Source: Bacteroidales bacterium UBA1197 (lineage in GTDB: Bacteria; Bacteroidota; Bacteroidia; Bacteroidales; UBA932). From it: 64,000 bases of DNA. Below, in pieces: positions 37,752 through 48,339 of this stretch. The position numbers and the translations under genes are program-made. Position 1 is the stretch's first letter; each line of letters starts with the position of its first letter. The notes below the pieces were generated by a model. The model did no database searches, had not been told where the DNA came from, and saw only the letters and a list, made by a program, of their open reading frames with translations. The stretch is taken from positions 678 through 64,677 of the forward strand of contig DBYB01000051.1 of assembly GCA_002309995.1 (NCBI GenBank). The letters are read 5' to 3'.

Positions 37752-38682
37752 ACAATGATCTGAGCTTCCCGGCTACGGCAGTCAGGGAATAATCCTTTTG
37801 CAGGAAAGCCCTGCGGCCGTCAAAGGACGCCTTTGAATCAAGTACCTTTCTGACTGCTTCAGCAAGCGCTTCCGGGGTGAACTCCTCAACAACATAGCAC
37901 CCGTTTATATCGCCTATCATATCCCGAACATTGCCGACATCGGTGGATACTACGGGCACATTGCAGCACAGGCATTCCTTAACTGAATTGGGTGAGCCCT
38001 CGAAATCGCTGCTGATCAGATGCAGATTGCAGGCATTCATATACGCAGGTATCTTTTCCCGGGGGGTATTGTACAGTTCAACAGAACGCACATCCGGGAA
38101 GTACTTGCGCAATAACTCGAGTGTGGCATCAAAACGGTCTTTACGCTTTTGCGTCCTCCCCCACTTGTTGGAATCCATATAAAGGATGTAAACCGCATCC
38201 TGATCCATATTCAGTTCCTTTCGGCACTCAGACCGATCCATAGGAACGAAGATCTTCTCATTGCATCCATTAGGGAGATAAACCGTACGGGTCCTTGAAA
38301 GATAAGGAGAAGTATTCTTTATGATAATGCGGTTGAAGCACGCGTGGATGAGGCCAAAGCAGTTAATCTTCCACTCGCGGGTAGGATCGTTCTGGTATGA
38401 CACCACGCATTTCTTGAACAGCGGCCATAGGGTGCATAGGCACAGCAGGGCCGAGAGGGCGTGATGGCAATGAATCACATCATATCTTCCCCGCAGTATC
38501 TTCCACCATATCCGCGGTATCCACGTTATATACATCCATGTTCCTTTCCCCTTGCGGTCACAATACAGAACGTCACATTCAACGCCTGCTGCCCGCAAGG
38601 ACTCGACCTGTTCTTTTACGAAGATTCCGAATATCGGGAAATCCGGAGTAGGATAATTGGTAGTTATATGAAGAACTCTCAT
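37735..38682 (-). CDS. GT4 glycosyltransferase
   Basis: YP...GIFVKEQV, EGSPNSVKE and STDVG motifs. TAATG overlap sets the start at 38682. Confidence 0.88.
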   Translation of the reverse strand: MRVLHITTNYPTPDFPIFGIFVKEQVESLRAAGVECDVLYCDRKGKGTWMYITWIPRIWWKILRGRYDVIHCHHALSALLCLCTLWPLFKKCVVSYQNDPTREWKINCFGLIHACFNRIIIKNTSPYLSRTRTVYLPNGCNEKIFVPMDRSECRKELNMDQDAVYILYMDSNKWGRTQKRKDRFDATLELLRKYFPDVRSVELYNTPREKIPAYMNACNLHLISSDFEGSPNSVKECLCCNVPVVSTDVGNVRDMIGDINGCYVVEEFTPEALAEAVRKVLDSKASFDGRRAFLQKDYSLTAVAGKLRSLYEDIL

Positions 38683-39773
38683 TAATGAATCATTTTTTCG
38701 TATAAGGCGACATACTTTGCGCAGCACGTCTCCATTGAGAAATTTTCTTTGAAATACTGCTTCTGGGCCGCCTTGTCAAGCGGATGATCCAAATAACGGT
38801 GAATGGCATACAGATAAGCCTCTTGCGACAAGCCGGCAGAAAGATAACCCGTCTTGCTATCAATCACCACATCGGGATTTCCACCAACAGGTGTGCAGAT
38901 TGGCGTCAACCCGCACTGAATCGCTTCCAGCAATGAGATTGACAAACCTTCGCTTAGAGAGGTCAGGCAAAAGGCGTCAGAATTCATCAGATAATCTGCC
39001 ACGTTGCTTTTCTCTCCCAGAAAATGAATCTTCGGGCAAGCCCGCTTGACTATTTCCTGACCAAGAGCCGAGTCAAAAGCTGCTCCCAGGACAAGCAATG
39101 TAAAATCGACTCCTTCCTTGTCCAGAGCGTTGAATGCATCTATCAGCATTTGCTGGTTTTTCACAGGATGGCATCTGCCGACGTGCACGAAAACCTTGGT
39201 GTTATCAGTTGCCCTAAAGCCTGCAATTTCCTGCTTAACTGACTCGGAGTCACGGCCTGGCGTATATTCTGCCCGGCCGTTTACGATGCAGTCGGCGCTG
39301 AAACCATATACTCTGGCAAACGATGCATTGCACTCGGACGATATGGTCACCGGCCTGACAATCCGTCTTTTGTACATAAACCCGGTCAAACAGCGCTCAA
39401 CCGAATTCTTATTTGCCCGCTCAGCCGCACTGTGAACCGTATGAACGATTACCGGCTTGCGGGGATTGAACGCGAGAAGGGTTAAATATGGCAGAATGTT
39501 ATGGTGGCAATGTATTACATCCGGACGTTCCGACAGGAAATAATCCTTGACCACGCGAAGTTTCGCCGGCGATATTCCGCTTTCAACACCCAGGGAACGG
39601 AAGCCTACTTGCGGGCTCAGGAACTGCCTGTTGAAGCCTGACCTGTCATTTAGGGGACGCAGGATACACACGGTCACATCGTGATTCCCGGCAGCCTGGG
39701 CATTGGCCAGGTCAACCACAAATCTTTCGGCCCCACCGGATACCAGTTCGTATAAAAAATGGATTATCTTCAT
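38682..39773 (-). CDS. GT4 glycosyltransferase
   Basis: GGAER, VGR...KNQ, EGLSISLLEA and TPVGG motifs. Confidence 0.9.
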   Translation of the reverse strand: MKIIHFLYELVSGGAERFVVDLANAQAAGNHDVTVCILRPLNDRSGFNRQFLSPQVGFRSLGVESGISPAKLRVVKDYFLSERPDVIHCHHNILPYLTLLAFNPRKPVIVHTVHSAAERANKNSVERCLTGFMYKRRIVRPVTISSECNASFARVYGFSADCIVNGRAEYTPGRDSESVKQEIAGFRATDNTKVFVHVGRCHPVKNQQMLIDAFNALDKEGVDFTLLVLGAAFDSALGQEIVKRACPKIHFLGEKSNVADYLMNSDAFCLTSLSEGLSISLLEAIQCGLTPICTPVGGNPDVVIDSKTGYLSAGLSQEAYLYAIHRYLDHPLDKAAQKQYFKENFSMETCCAKYVALYEKMIH

Positions 39774-40615
39774 TTTGCGAAAAGCCCCTTGATTGCGTGC
39801 AGGGTATTTCTAAGTAAGGGGCGAAGGAAACGACGGCAATCAACAACTGCAATTTCGCCAAAGGTATTGTATGTATGCATCCCGTCATATCCCTTTGGAG
39901 GGAAACGGCGCTCAAGCGCCTCAAATGAGAATTGGCCGTCTTTATAAGTAACGCGCTGAAATTCAAGGCCAAGACCATAGCCAAAACCGCCGTCGCATAT
40001 CTGGGCCGGCCGGATGAGTCCGCCGGCTGTTTCCAACAAAGCGCCTGCGTTTCTGGCTACATAATCATCAAACATCACACTTTGCACCGGCTGATATTTT
40101 CCCGTTCCGTCCTTTTTAAATATCGTCAAGGTTTTGCCGTTGGGGTCAGGAATGAAAGTGCTGAACAGAAAGGCGGAATCTCCTTCACTATGCAGTGTGG
40201 CATCAGTCAGAGGATAATCACATATTACCGAGATAGGATCCGCTTTTCGGGAACTGTCGTCGTACTCGTATATGGTACTGTTCCCTGATGCAGAATTCTC
40301 CGGTATGATAAACACCCGGCCGCCTTCCCTGACTATACTGGGGAAAGACAGATGAGTATTCAGATCGAGCACTATCTGCATCTCCGAGATGAACAAGAGA
40401 TTGCGGTCTATGGCAAGCCTGGCAATACGTCCACGGCCTATCGAGTAGGTGAATTCCTCGACCAATAATACAATTTCCTTATCGGATACGGAGAGTATGA
40501 ACGGGTCGGCGAACCACCTGTCCTTATACGGCGACTCAATGAAACTGAAATGCCAGTTTTCATCAACTATCGCCAGGTCCCATCTGTGTCTCTTAATCCA
40601 GCCGGAAAGTCCCAT
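39770..40615 (-). CDS. Beta-propeller protein resembling the GINT1 N-terminal domain
   Basis: WFADPF, HLSFP, IPEN, ARNAG, RPAQ and HTYN motifs. Confidence 0.7.
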   Translation of the reverse strand: MGLSGWIKRHRWDLAIVDENWHFSFIESPYKDRWFADPFILSVSDKEIVLLVEEFTYSIGRGRIARLAIDRNLLFISEMQIVLDLNTHLSFPSIVREGGRVFIIPENSASGNSTIYEYDDSSRKADPISVICDYPLTDATLHSEGDSAFLFSTFIPDPNGKTLTIFKKDGTGKYQPVQSVMFDDYVARNAGALLETAGGLIRPAQICDGGFGYGLGLEFQRVTYKDGQFSFEALERRFPPKGYDGMHTYNTFGEIAVVDCRRFLRPLLRNTLHAIKGLFAK

Positions 40616-41712
40616 TATCCTTTTGCTTTATGGATTATCCTGCGCTTCAACTGAAACCAGAAAGGCAGCTGGTCCCTGAAATCGAATTCCATCCCGGCAT
40701 TGGTCTTCAGAAGGTCGCTCAAATAGCCTCCCAATGAAATGGTATGCGAAGTAAGCAGCGAAAGTTCGTCGAACTCGGGCATCACATATACCGTCTTGAC
40801 CGTCTTGGCTGCCTCCTGCTTATAATCCTTGCCTGTTACGCCAAAAATCCAGATAAGTGGAAGATTAACTCCCGCCCGGGTGACGCAGACAGCGTTTCCG
40901 TCATTGCGGAAATTAATCTCCAGAAAGTAGTCCCTTCCATCGGCGTCGCGCACGAATTCAACACTGAACAAACCGTGATAGCCAGTCTTAAGCACAAAGT
41001 CCTTTACCTTGGCTGCATCAACTATCGTTTCAGGACCGGAATAACGAAGGAAACTTGTGTTGGAGCCTTTGCAGGGCCGCAGAATTGACGAAACGCCCGG
41101 GATTATCACATTCCCGTCGGGCAACGAGCAACCTATTAACTGATACTCGGCAACTGACTGAATAAACCTTTGTGCGAGCAGTTTATCTTTTCCGTACATC
41201 TGCCTGCATGCCTCCAGTTCATCCTCATTCTTGCAGATCTGTATCCATTGCTTCTCCCCGGCAAAACTCTTACGAGGCTTTATGATACACGGGAAAGAGT
41301 CAGCCTGAGGTACCTCCAGACCACAACTGACAGCCAACTCATTCATCACGAGTTTGTCCATCAGATAGTTCAGTCGCCCTTCTTCCTCACAACCGGGAAT
41401 AATCAGTTTTTCCGACAGGAGCTTCGAATTATCATTCAGCATCGCTGCCATTCCGTCGTGGCAGCAGATAACGACCGGCTTCAAAGCTTCGCCTTCCGCC
41501 ATAGTCAACAGACACGGAATCAGTTCGTCCGTTGCCCGAATCTGCTTCCAAGCCACGATGTACCTGCTTTTTGACACATATGTCTGCGGGCCCGGTTCCA
41601 GGATAATGGCCTTAACCTTTTTCCCGGCTTTACCGACCGCGCGGACCACCCCAAGCATATTGTGGTGGTCTCCGCCAACTACTATGACAGGATTTTCAGG
41701 CATTGTAAACAT
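40615..41712 (-). CDS. ATP-grasp domain ligase
   Basis: LGVVRAVG, MDK, PCIIKP, QRFI and SVEF...YFLEINFRNDG motifs. Confidence 0.8.
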   Translation of the reverse strand: MFTMPENPVIVVGGDHHNMLGVVRAVGKAGKKVKAIILEPGPQTYVSKSRYIVAWKQIRATDELIPCLLTMAEGEALKPVVICCHDGMAAMLNDNSKLLSEKLIIPGCEEEGRLNYLMDKLVMNELAVSCGLEVPQADSFPCIIKPRKSFAGEKQWIQICKNEDELEACRQMYGKDKLLAQRFIQSVAEYQLIGCSLPDGNVIIPGVSSILRPCKGSNTSFLRYSGPETIVDAAKVKDFVLKTGYHGLFSVEFVRDADGRDYFLEINFRNDGNAVCVTRAGVNLPLIWIFGVTGKDYKQEAAKTVKTVYVMPEFDELSLLTSHTISLGGYLSDLLKTNAGMEFDFRDQLPFWFQLKRRIIHKAKG

Positions 41713-42838
41713 CCAAATACTTCTGCGCTATATTGAGCCAGGCTTTAAGGCCCTCATTCTTAGCACGAATATTTTCCCTCATCGCTTCCAGGCCTGCCTC
41801 GTCCTTTATCATTTCAGCCATTACATCTGCCAGGGCGCTTACATTATTACCCTCTACAACGCGACCGGTAACTCCATCTTCAACCGCATCCGCAAGAGCA
41901 CCCACATTGGTCACCAGAACAGGAGTATCCAGGCCGAATGCCGTCTGTACTACGCCACTCTGAGTCGCCTCAGTATAAGGGCACATCACAAACAGGGAAT
42001 GACGTATCAAAGACACTTGTTCCTCAGAAGTGATGTATCTGTTCATCAGTTTTATGTATGGCTTTCCCTTATACAATGAGGCATCGAAATAAAGTTTTCC
42101 TGAACCGGCTATAACCAGTGAGACTCCAGGACATATGCCGGAAACAGTGTCCATAGCCGCTATGCCGGCATCAATTCCTTTATACGGTGTTATCCTGCCA
42201 AATATCAGGACATACTTTCCATCAGGATACGGAGCCTCAGAAGAATCGGATAAACAGGGATAAGGCCCCAGGCACGAGTAGAAAACCTTAGACGGCTTTA
42301 CACGGAACTGCTTGCAGAATTCTTCAGTCTGACGCTTATTCAAAAGCACGAATTTCGGGAAGATACAAGATGCCATATACCGGCACGCTCTCTCCAGTTT
42401 CTTCATCCGGTTCAAGTGAGGAACGGGATCGTGAATAGTACAGACTGCTTTTTTGCGGAAGTGCCATAAAACCGGAAGATGGAAAGGAGCCGGAGTCTCG
42501 ACATACTGAATGACATCCGGAGCTATCTTTTTGATCAACGCTTTCTCCTTCAGGCTGAGTTGAAAAGCCTTCAGATTATTCTTTCCGTCCGGGTTGTTCA
42601 CTACATATATCCTTACTCCGGGCATATAGTCCTGCAAGGCGGCCAGATCATCGAACTCCGAAACGGGAAATATTCCGAATTCACTTATAGGTGTCCTGAT
42701 ATCTATCAGGGTGGTCCTGAGAGAATATGGTGCGATATGCAGGAAATAATGCACCTCGTGGCCAAGGGCGCAGAAAGCCTTGAGCAAAGGGGCGTCGCAG
42801 TCGGCGAACGGAGGTGTAGAACAATAGACTATTTTCAT
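41696..42838 (-). CDS. GT4 glycosyltransferase
   Basis: HDPVPH, FGRITPYKG and PYTEATQSGV motifs. Confidence 0.88.
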   Translation of the reverse strand: MKIVYCSTPPFADCDAPLLKAFCALGHEVHYFLHIAPYSLRTTLIDIRTPISEFGIFPVSEFDDLAALQDYMPGVRIYVVNNPDGKNNLKAFQLSLKEKALIKKIAPDVIQYVETPAPFHLPVLWHFRKKAVCTIHDPVPHLNRMKKLERACRYMASCIFPKFVLLNKRQTEEFCKQFRVKPSKVFYSCLGPYPCLSDSSEAPYPDGKYVLIFGRITPYKGIDAGIAAMDTVSGICPGVSLVIAGSGKLYFDASLYKGKPYIKLMNRYITSEEQVSLIRHSLFVMCPYTEATQSGVVQTAFGLDTPVLVTNVGALADAVEDGVTGRVVEGNNVSALADVMAEMIKDEAGLEAMRENIRAKNEGLKAWLNIAQKYLDVYNA

Positions 42839-43854
42839 TTCCTGCTAATCGCTATCGATTGCTTGGACAGAACTTCCTGGAGTTCAACTGCACGCTGCGA
42901 CGTGCAGTGTTTCTTTAAGAACGCGGAGGCCTTGTCAACATCGAACGGTTCCTTAAGGAGCCTGTCCATTTCGCGCTCAAAAGCCTGATAATCATCCACA
43001 TTGGGCACTATCGAGGACAAGTCATACCACTGCGTATCCGGGTTCATAGGGTAATGTCCGATAACGTGGCAACGGTTGCTCAGCATCTCGAATACACGAG
43101 GAGTAACCTGATTAAAGCGCCTGCTTTCAGCCTTGGATTCATCGATTCCGGGAGTAGTATAGCAACTGATACGCGTAGCAGCTATCATTTGCAAATAGCT
43201 CTCTCGCCCCGTATCGGCACATATATGGCGTCCTGTATTGGTCACATAACTGCGGTTGTCGATGCTACCTTTATTCAGCACGTACTCAAATCCAGGATGC
43301 TTCGCTGCATATTCATCAATCAGACGGAGAAAGAAGGGATTCGGGCGTCCAAAGAAACAGAAATCGTACTTCTTCTCCTGCTGTCGGGCAAGTCTGTCAA
43401 GATAACTGTCAGGAACGGAAAGGCCCCAGTGTTCAACCGGTATCGGGCAACCGTGTGACAACAGTAATTCATAAACCTCCCGGCTGGTAACCAATATAAG
43501 CGGAACGTGCCTGAATGCCTTATAAAACGCAGGCAAATCCTTTTCTTCCAGCCAGAAATCGATGATGACAGGAATGGAATTACGATTGTACCAACATTCC
43601 TCCTCCGTAGTTGCCGTCATTATGTATCGCAATCCAAGACTGCACTGGGGAGTCAGGGCGTGGTACAGACCGGTAAGACCGTTCTTCTCAAAACGCCGGT
43701 GCAAGACATTGCTTATTTCGCCAGGCGAACGGACAGGCACGCCCAGTGCCTGCGACAGTATATCCTCCCACTCATATACTATGCGGAAAGAAGGATATGG
43801 CGAGAATCTTCGCTGGGATATAATCCTGTTTAGCTTTTTCACAGTGTCTTGCAT
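42835..43854 (-). CDS. Putative GT-B glycosyltransferase-like protein
   Basis: YDFCFFGR and TPRVFEML...C.VIG motifs; capsule locus context. Confidence 0.6.
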   Translation of the reverse strand: MQDTVKKLNRIISQRRFSPYPSFRIVYEWEDILSQALGVPVRSPGEISNVLHRRFEKNGLTGLYHALTPQCSLGLRYIMTATTEEECWYNRNSIPVIIDFWLEEKDLPAFYKAFRHVPLILVTSREVYELLLSHGCPIPVEHWGLSVPDSYLDRLARQQEKKYDFCFFGRPNPFFLRLIDEYAAKHPGFEYVLNKGSIDNRSYVTNTGRHICADTGRESYLQMIAATRISCYTTPGIDESKAESRRFNQVTPRVFEMLSNRCHVIGHYPMNPDTQWYDLSSIVPNVDDYQAFEREMDRLLKEPFDVDKASAFLKKHCTSQRAVELQEVLSKQSIAISRK

Positions 43855-45074
43855 AAATCCATTGCCGACCCCATGGCCACATCCATATTGAAGTACTCCC
43901 ATTCAGCAAAACGGCCGCAGAGATACATACGCTCAGATGACAGTGCCTCCTTTAATGCAGCGACCTGTCCGCGGGTATGTGAATCCTGGATGGGATAGGT
44001 GTAACGGCTGTAGTTATGATCAATGAACTGCGGATGGAACGGCATTCTCGACAAGTTATCCAGTATCTCATTTTTGGAAATGCCATCGGTGAATTCGATA
44101 CTGGCACTCATCTTACCGGGGGCATTGTTTGACTGGGCGAAGTTACCGGTGCAGATAATACGATGCGATTTATGATTGCTGCCCGGTTGATACACCCAGG
44201 AATATGGGTTGGCGTCGATGCTGCAGAGCACAGATGTGGTACCGTGATACTCCAGGTCTTCCACGAAGTCGATTTTGCCGCACGTGTCCACGCCGCGGAG
44301 CATACCCGGCAAATCCTTGATATTACCGCAAAACACAACCGCGTCGAAGCTCTCCCCCGCCACGGTCCATTGACCGTTTTCACGAGTGATGGAATGGATA
44401 TCCGCACCGTATTCAATATCAATCCCTTCCGCCAGCCTGTTCACGAGAAACTGGGAGCCGCCATTCTTTTCATACCAAAAAGAAGAATGCACGAAGGCCT
44501 TCTCCTGAACACGGTTAATGTTGTTGTACATTATCTCGGCAACACTCGGCATAGGGAGTTTCCCCTCAAGCCACGTAAGGGGCACATTGCCAAGCGGCCT
44601 GCGCCAGACCTTCTCGTTATAGGGCCGGAAATAGAGTTCGTAAAGCGTCTTGCCGAAACGCTTCTGCAGGAACTCTTCAAAATTCGCAGCACCGTCCTGA
44701 CCCTCCGCTGCAAGAGCAACCAAATCTGCAACGATACTCTTCTGAACATCTTCCGGGAAGAGATAAATGTAATTCTCAACGGGATATGGCACCTTCAGGC
44801 CATCGGGGAAAACAACCACCGAGTTGCGCTCAGCCTTAACGAATTCCTTTTCACGGTCGAAGTGCGACCAGAACCAGTCCAGCACGTCCTGCCTGCGTGA
44901 ATTGAAAACGTGTCCTCCGCAGATGTGAAACAGATTTCCTTCTACCCTTCGGCAACGCACAAGTCCTCCAGGCTCCGACTCCTTCTCGAATACTTTTACC
45001 TGATATCTGTCTTTCAACAGATTCGCTACACTGAGCCCGGACACGCCGGCACCGATTACAGCTATTTTATCCAT
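43839..45074 (-). CDS. FAD-dependent oxidoreductase (protoporphyrinogen-oxidase/UGM-like)
   Basis: GAGVSG, GGHVF, PYNEKVW and GRFAEWEYFNMD motifs. Confidence 0.75.
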   Translation of the reverse strand: MDKIAVIGAGVSGLSVANLLKDRYQVKVFEKESEPGGLVRCRRVEGNLFHICGGHVFNSRRQDVLDWFWSHFDREKEFVKAERNSVVVFPDGLKVPYPVENYIYLFPEDVQKSIVADLVALAAEGQDGAANFEEFLQKRFGKTLYELYFRPYNEKVWRRPLGNVPLTWLEGKLPMPSVAEIMYNNINRVQEKAFVHSSFWYEKNGGSQFLVNRLAEGIDIEYGADIHSITRENGQWTVAGESFDAVVFCGNIKDLPGMLRGVDTCGKIDFVEDLEYHGTTSVLCSIDANPYSWVYQPGSNHKSHRIICTGNFAQSNNAPGKMSASIEFTDGISKNEILDNLSRMPFHPQFIDHNYSRYTYPIQDSHTRGQVAALKEALSSERMYLCGRFAEWEYFNMDVAMGSAMDLCKTL

Positions 45075-45075
45075 A

Positions 45076-46509
45076 TCAGCGGACGTAAGCGATTATTCTT
45101 TTTCTTTCAACAAAGACGACGGCACACATCAGAGCCAGCAACACGATACGCAGCCACAGGGGCATCCACCCAAAAGCGAAGATACCCAGTGCCGCAGCGG
45201 CAAACAGAACCGCTATCAATCCTATCGAGAAGCCCCAACTCATCGAGCCTCCTACCGTTAATTTCAGCACCGGCATAATGTAGGCCAGGTTGATAATACT
45301 TGCTATTACAAATCCTACCGCGAGCCCGTCTGCTCCGTATTTTGACGAGTAATACAGTATCGGAGTGCTGACGACAGCATAAACGACCGAACATACGGCA
45401 AGTTTCTTCTGGGCATCGGCAGCGCCGAGGGTATTGCCGTTCAGACAGAAGATGCTGTACATTACCACATACCAAGTTTGGTACGAAAGCACGTCTGCGG
45501 TATTTTTGTAAGCTTCTCCATAAAGGAGCCAGACAATCTCGCCCTTGAGAAGACTCACGCACAGCGCAAGGAAAATGCCGATTCCGCAAACCAGTATCAA
45601 CACTTTGCGCGTCTGATCGCTGAACGCATTCCTGTCCTTGGCAAAAAGGATGGACTGATTCGGGAAAAACGCACTGAACGCTGTAGTCATAAACAGGGTT
45701 ATTGGCAGCAACAACTTGTTTGCGGTATTGAAGAATGCGACTTCCTCCAGGCCTGCGTTATGTTCCAGGAACAGTATCGGGAACTGGCCGGTAAACAATC
45801 CCAGCAGATACATTACATAGAACGGCATACTGTTGCGAAGGTACGACTTGCATACCGGTAATGTTATTTCCCGCTCTTTATCCGTCAGACGAAGCAGCCC
45901 ATATCGCTTCATACACCAATAGTAGGCAGCATTCTTTATCACATAGATTGCCAGATACACCACCAGAACCGACTCCACGGTAAACCAGGAGCGCGGCAGA
46001 AAGAAGTACATTACCAGGTACACCAGCAGGTTAAGCAGCGTAGATGCAATCCCTATTATGGTGTTCCACTCCATCCGCTGCATTCCGAAAGCCACGTTCT
46101 GCTGCCCGTCCCACAGGCTCTCCAGGAACACGCCTCCGAGGATAGAGAAGATGGCGACTGTTGAAAAATCAGTCTTGGCAACAAGTCCATAGATGCCGAA
46201 CGCCACTGCCGCAACCACAAACCCAAGCAAGCGCAGCCAGAGAGAAAGCCGGAAGTAGTAGTCTGAATTCTCCTGGTCCCTCGCCACGGATCGCGTTACC
46301 AACTGGCTGAGTCCAAGCGACGCCACAAAGTAGAACATACTGATGTATGTCAGCACCAGGGAGTATTCGCCGTAATGCTCCGGAGCAAGCACGCGTGCCA
46401 CGATGATGTTTATCACCATCGAAATCAGCCGCGAGCCGAAGTTGCCGACGGTCAGCAGCGAAAAATTCCTCAGGAAGGGCCTGGACTCAAGCTTTTGCTT
46501 CAGCGACAT
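45076..46509 (-). CDS. wzx: Oligosaccharide flippase
   Basis: RNFSLL...ARVLAPEHYG pattern; many TM segments; LLYGEAY motif. Confidence 0.85.
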   Translation of the reverse strand: MSLKQKLESRPFLRNFSLLTVGNFGSRLISMVINIIVARVLAPEHYGEYSLVLTYISMFYFVASLGLSQLVTRSVARDQENSDYYFRLSLWLRLLGFVVAAVAFGIYGLVAKTDFSTVAIFSILGGVFLESLWDGQQNVAFGMQRMEWNTIIGIASTLLNLLVYLVMYFFLPRSWFTVESVLVVYLAIYVIKNAAYYWCMKRYGLLRLTDKEREITLPVCKSYLRNSMPFYVMYLLGLFTGQFPILFLEHNAGLEEVAFFNTANKLLLPITLFMTTAFSAFFPNQSILFAKDRNAFSDQTRKVLILVCGIGIFLALCVSLLKGEIVWLLYGEAYKNTADVLSYQTWYVVMYSIFCLNGNTLGAADAQKKLAVCSVVYAVVSTPILYYSSKYGADGLAVGFVIASIINLAYIMPVLKLTVGGSMSWGFSIGLIAVLFAAAALGIFAFGWMPLWLRIVLLALMCAVVFVERKRIIAYVR

Positions 46510-47752
46510 CTGTTTTGCTTTTGCGTAGCATACGCATCCTGCGGTCATACCGCATTATGCTGCGGTCGCTCAGATAGAGCATAAAACCGAAGAACACAAA
46601 CCAGTTGAGATTCTGGGTATAGATGGTCACCAGCGGGATATTAACCAGCATGGCTAGGTAGTACATCTTAAGGTGCATCTGGAGTTTGCGCCAGTTGCGG
46701 AATACGAAAAAGACCATAAATGCCAGGAACAGAAGCACGGTAACGACGCCATACAGGTTCGCCGCACCCACTATTCCCACATCTGCATGATAGAGTCTAA
46801 GATTCTCGTAATAATGCTGAACCTGGGCTCCGTAGCCGCTGTTTCCCACCGGGCCGTTACCGAAGATAACGGAAAGCGGCCCGCCCCAAAACTCCAGGCC
46901 ATAGGTGGTATATGCCAGCAGGCGGATATTGTCGGAACTTAAGTCGTTCTGAGTCATATAAATCAGATCTTCGAACAGCTTCTCCGAATTCAGCAGGATG
47001 ATGGCTACAATTGAGCTCAGGCCGAGCACCAGCCATCCCTTGTAGCGAATTTTTGATGCAAAGAACAGCACGAACAGTATTGCAGCCAGGGTTGATACCA
47101 TAAACTGTCGCGACTGGTCAAGATAAACACCCACCAAGCCGACACCAAACAGTATCAGATCGGAAGAACGCCTGCGTTTAATGGTCTTCTGCAGATAATA
47201 GAAAACCAGAAACATCGAAAGGTAGGTATCTTCGATATAGTATCGGTAGATGCCGCTTCGTACCTCTATCCCTGTAAAAACGCCTGAGGCGTTCAGTCCT
47301 TCCTGACGGAAAGCGAAAAGATAGTTGGGATACGTAAACTGCTGCACCACATAAATACCAATCCTCACTAACGCAATAACGGTTAAGATACGTACCAGTT
47401 CGGCGGGGGATATTTTTGCCTTATGCAGAATGAAATACACCAGTACGAGTCCGAACGGCAGATAAGCACTAACCGACTGTACAGGCGACTGTCCGTTTTC
47501 TATCCACGCAGGAAGAAAACTGAACATAGGTACCACCAAAAGCGCTATCATCCAGAACCAGCCCGGGGTACGCCTTGGGCCCTTTGTGAAAAAGAACAGC
47601 GCTATCAGCAAGAGTGCAAGCAATTTGCTGATATGGCCATAGATGGTTTCGTCAATCCCTATGAAATCAAAATACCTCAGCGAATGCAGGAACACAAACA
47701 CGATTCCTGCAAGCGCTGCCTTGTAATAATTCCGCAGGTCTAAACCCATCAT
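46487..47752 (-). CDS. wzy: Putative polysaccharide polymerase
   Basis: Polytopic; QSRQ, R...GNG and DVG loop pattern; adjacent to wzx. Confidence 0.65.
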   Translation of the reverse strand: MMGLDLRNYYKAALAGIVFVFLHSLRYFDFIGIDETIYGHISKLLALLLIALFFFTKGPRRTPGWFWMIALLVVPMFSFLPAWIENGQSPVQSVSAYLPFGLVLVYFILHKAKISPAELVRILTVIALVRIGIYVVQQFTYPNYLFAFRQEGLNASGVFTGIEVRSGIYRYYIEDTYLSMFLVFYYLQKTIKRRRSSDLILFGVGLVGVYLDQSRQFMVSTLAAILFVLFFASKIRYKGWLVLGLSSIVAIILLNSEKLFEDLIYMTQNDLSSDNIRLLAYTTYGLEFWGGPLSVIFGNGPVGNSGYGAQVQHYYENLRLYHADVGIVGAANLYGVVTVLLFLAFMVFFVFRNWRKLQMHLKMYYLAMLVNIPLVTIYTQNLNWFVFFGFMLYLSDRSIMRYDRRMRMLRKSKTDVAEAKA

Positions 47753-48339
47753 AGCAAAGGAAGCCAGTAATCTCCCGGCCTGTAATCGTATTCTTTGACT
47801 TCGCGCCTGGCAATCGGTTTTGCAGGAACTCCGCCTACTACTGTCCAGGACTCAACGTCACGGCTCACTACTGCACCGGCAGCTACTACCGCGCCTTCTC
47901 CAATAGTCACACCGGGAAGGATTATGCAATTGGAGCACAACCAGGCATAATCTCCTATCGTGACCTTTCCTCCCCTGCTGGAAAAATGGACGTCATTGTA
48001 ATCGTGATGCAAAGTCCATATCGTCACATCGGAGGCCAGGCAAACATTCTTGCCTATTTCGATACCCTTTCGACAGTCGAGATGATTGCGGAAACCGACG
48101 GAACTGCCCTCGGAAATGGACAGCGGCCCCTTCCACCACTCAAGTCTGTGATACAACGGTACTGATTTGTGAACGCAGACGTCCCGGTGACAGTTCAAGA
48201 AGAAACGGCGGAAATGTTTGGACGGTATCGCAAGACAGATGCGTATCCAAATCATTGATGCCGCGTCACCATAAATATGGAGACGATTGCGCCAGACAGA
48301 ATAACAAGGCAGGGACTTAATCGTTGACTTCAGCGACAT
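47749..48339 (-). CDS. Hexapeptide-repeat O-acetyltransferase
   Basis: IGDYAWL, ILPGVTIGEGAVVAAGAVV and GGVPAK motifs. Confidence 0.88.
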   Translation of the reverse strand: MSLKSTIKSLPCYSVWRNRLHIYGDAASMIWIRICLAIPSKHFRRFFLNCHRDVCVHKSVPLYHRLEWWKGPLSISEGSSVGFRNHLDCRKGIEIGKNVCLASDVTIWTLHHDYNDVHFSSRGGKVTIGDYAWLCSNCIILPGVTIGEGAVVAAGAVVSRDVESWTVVGGVPAKPIARREVKEYDYRPGDYWLPLL

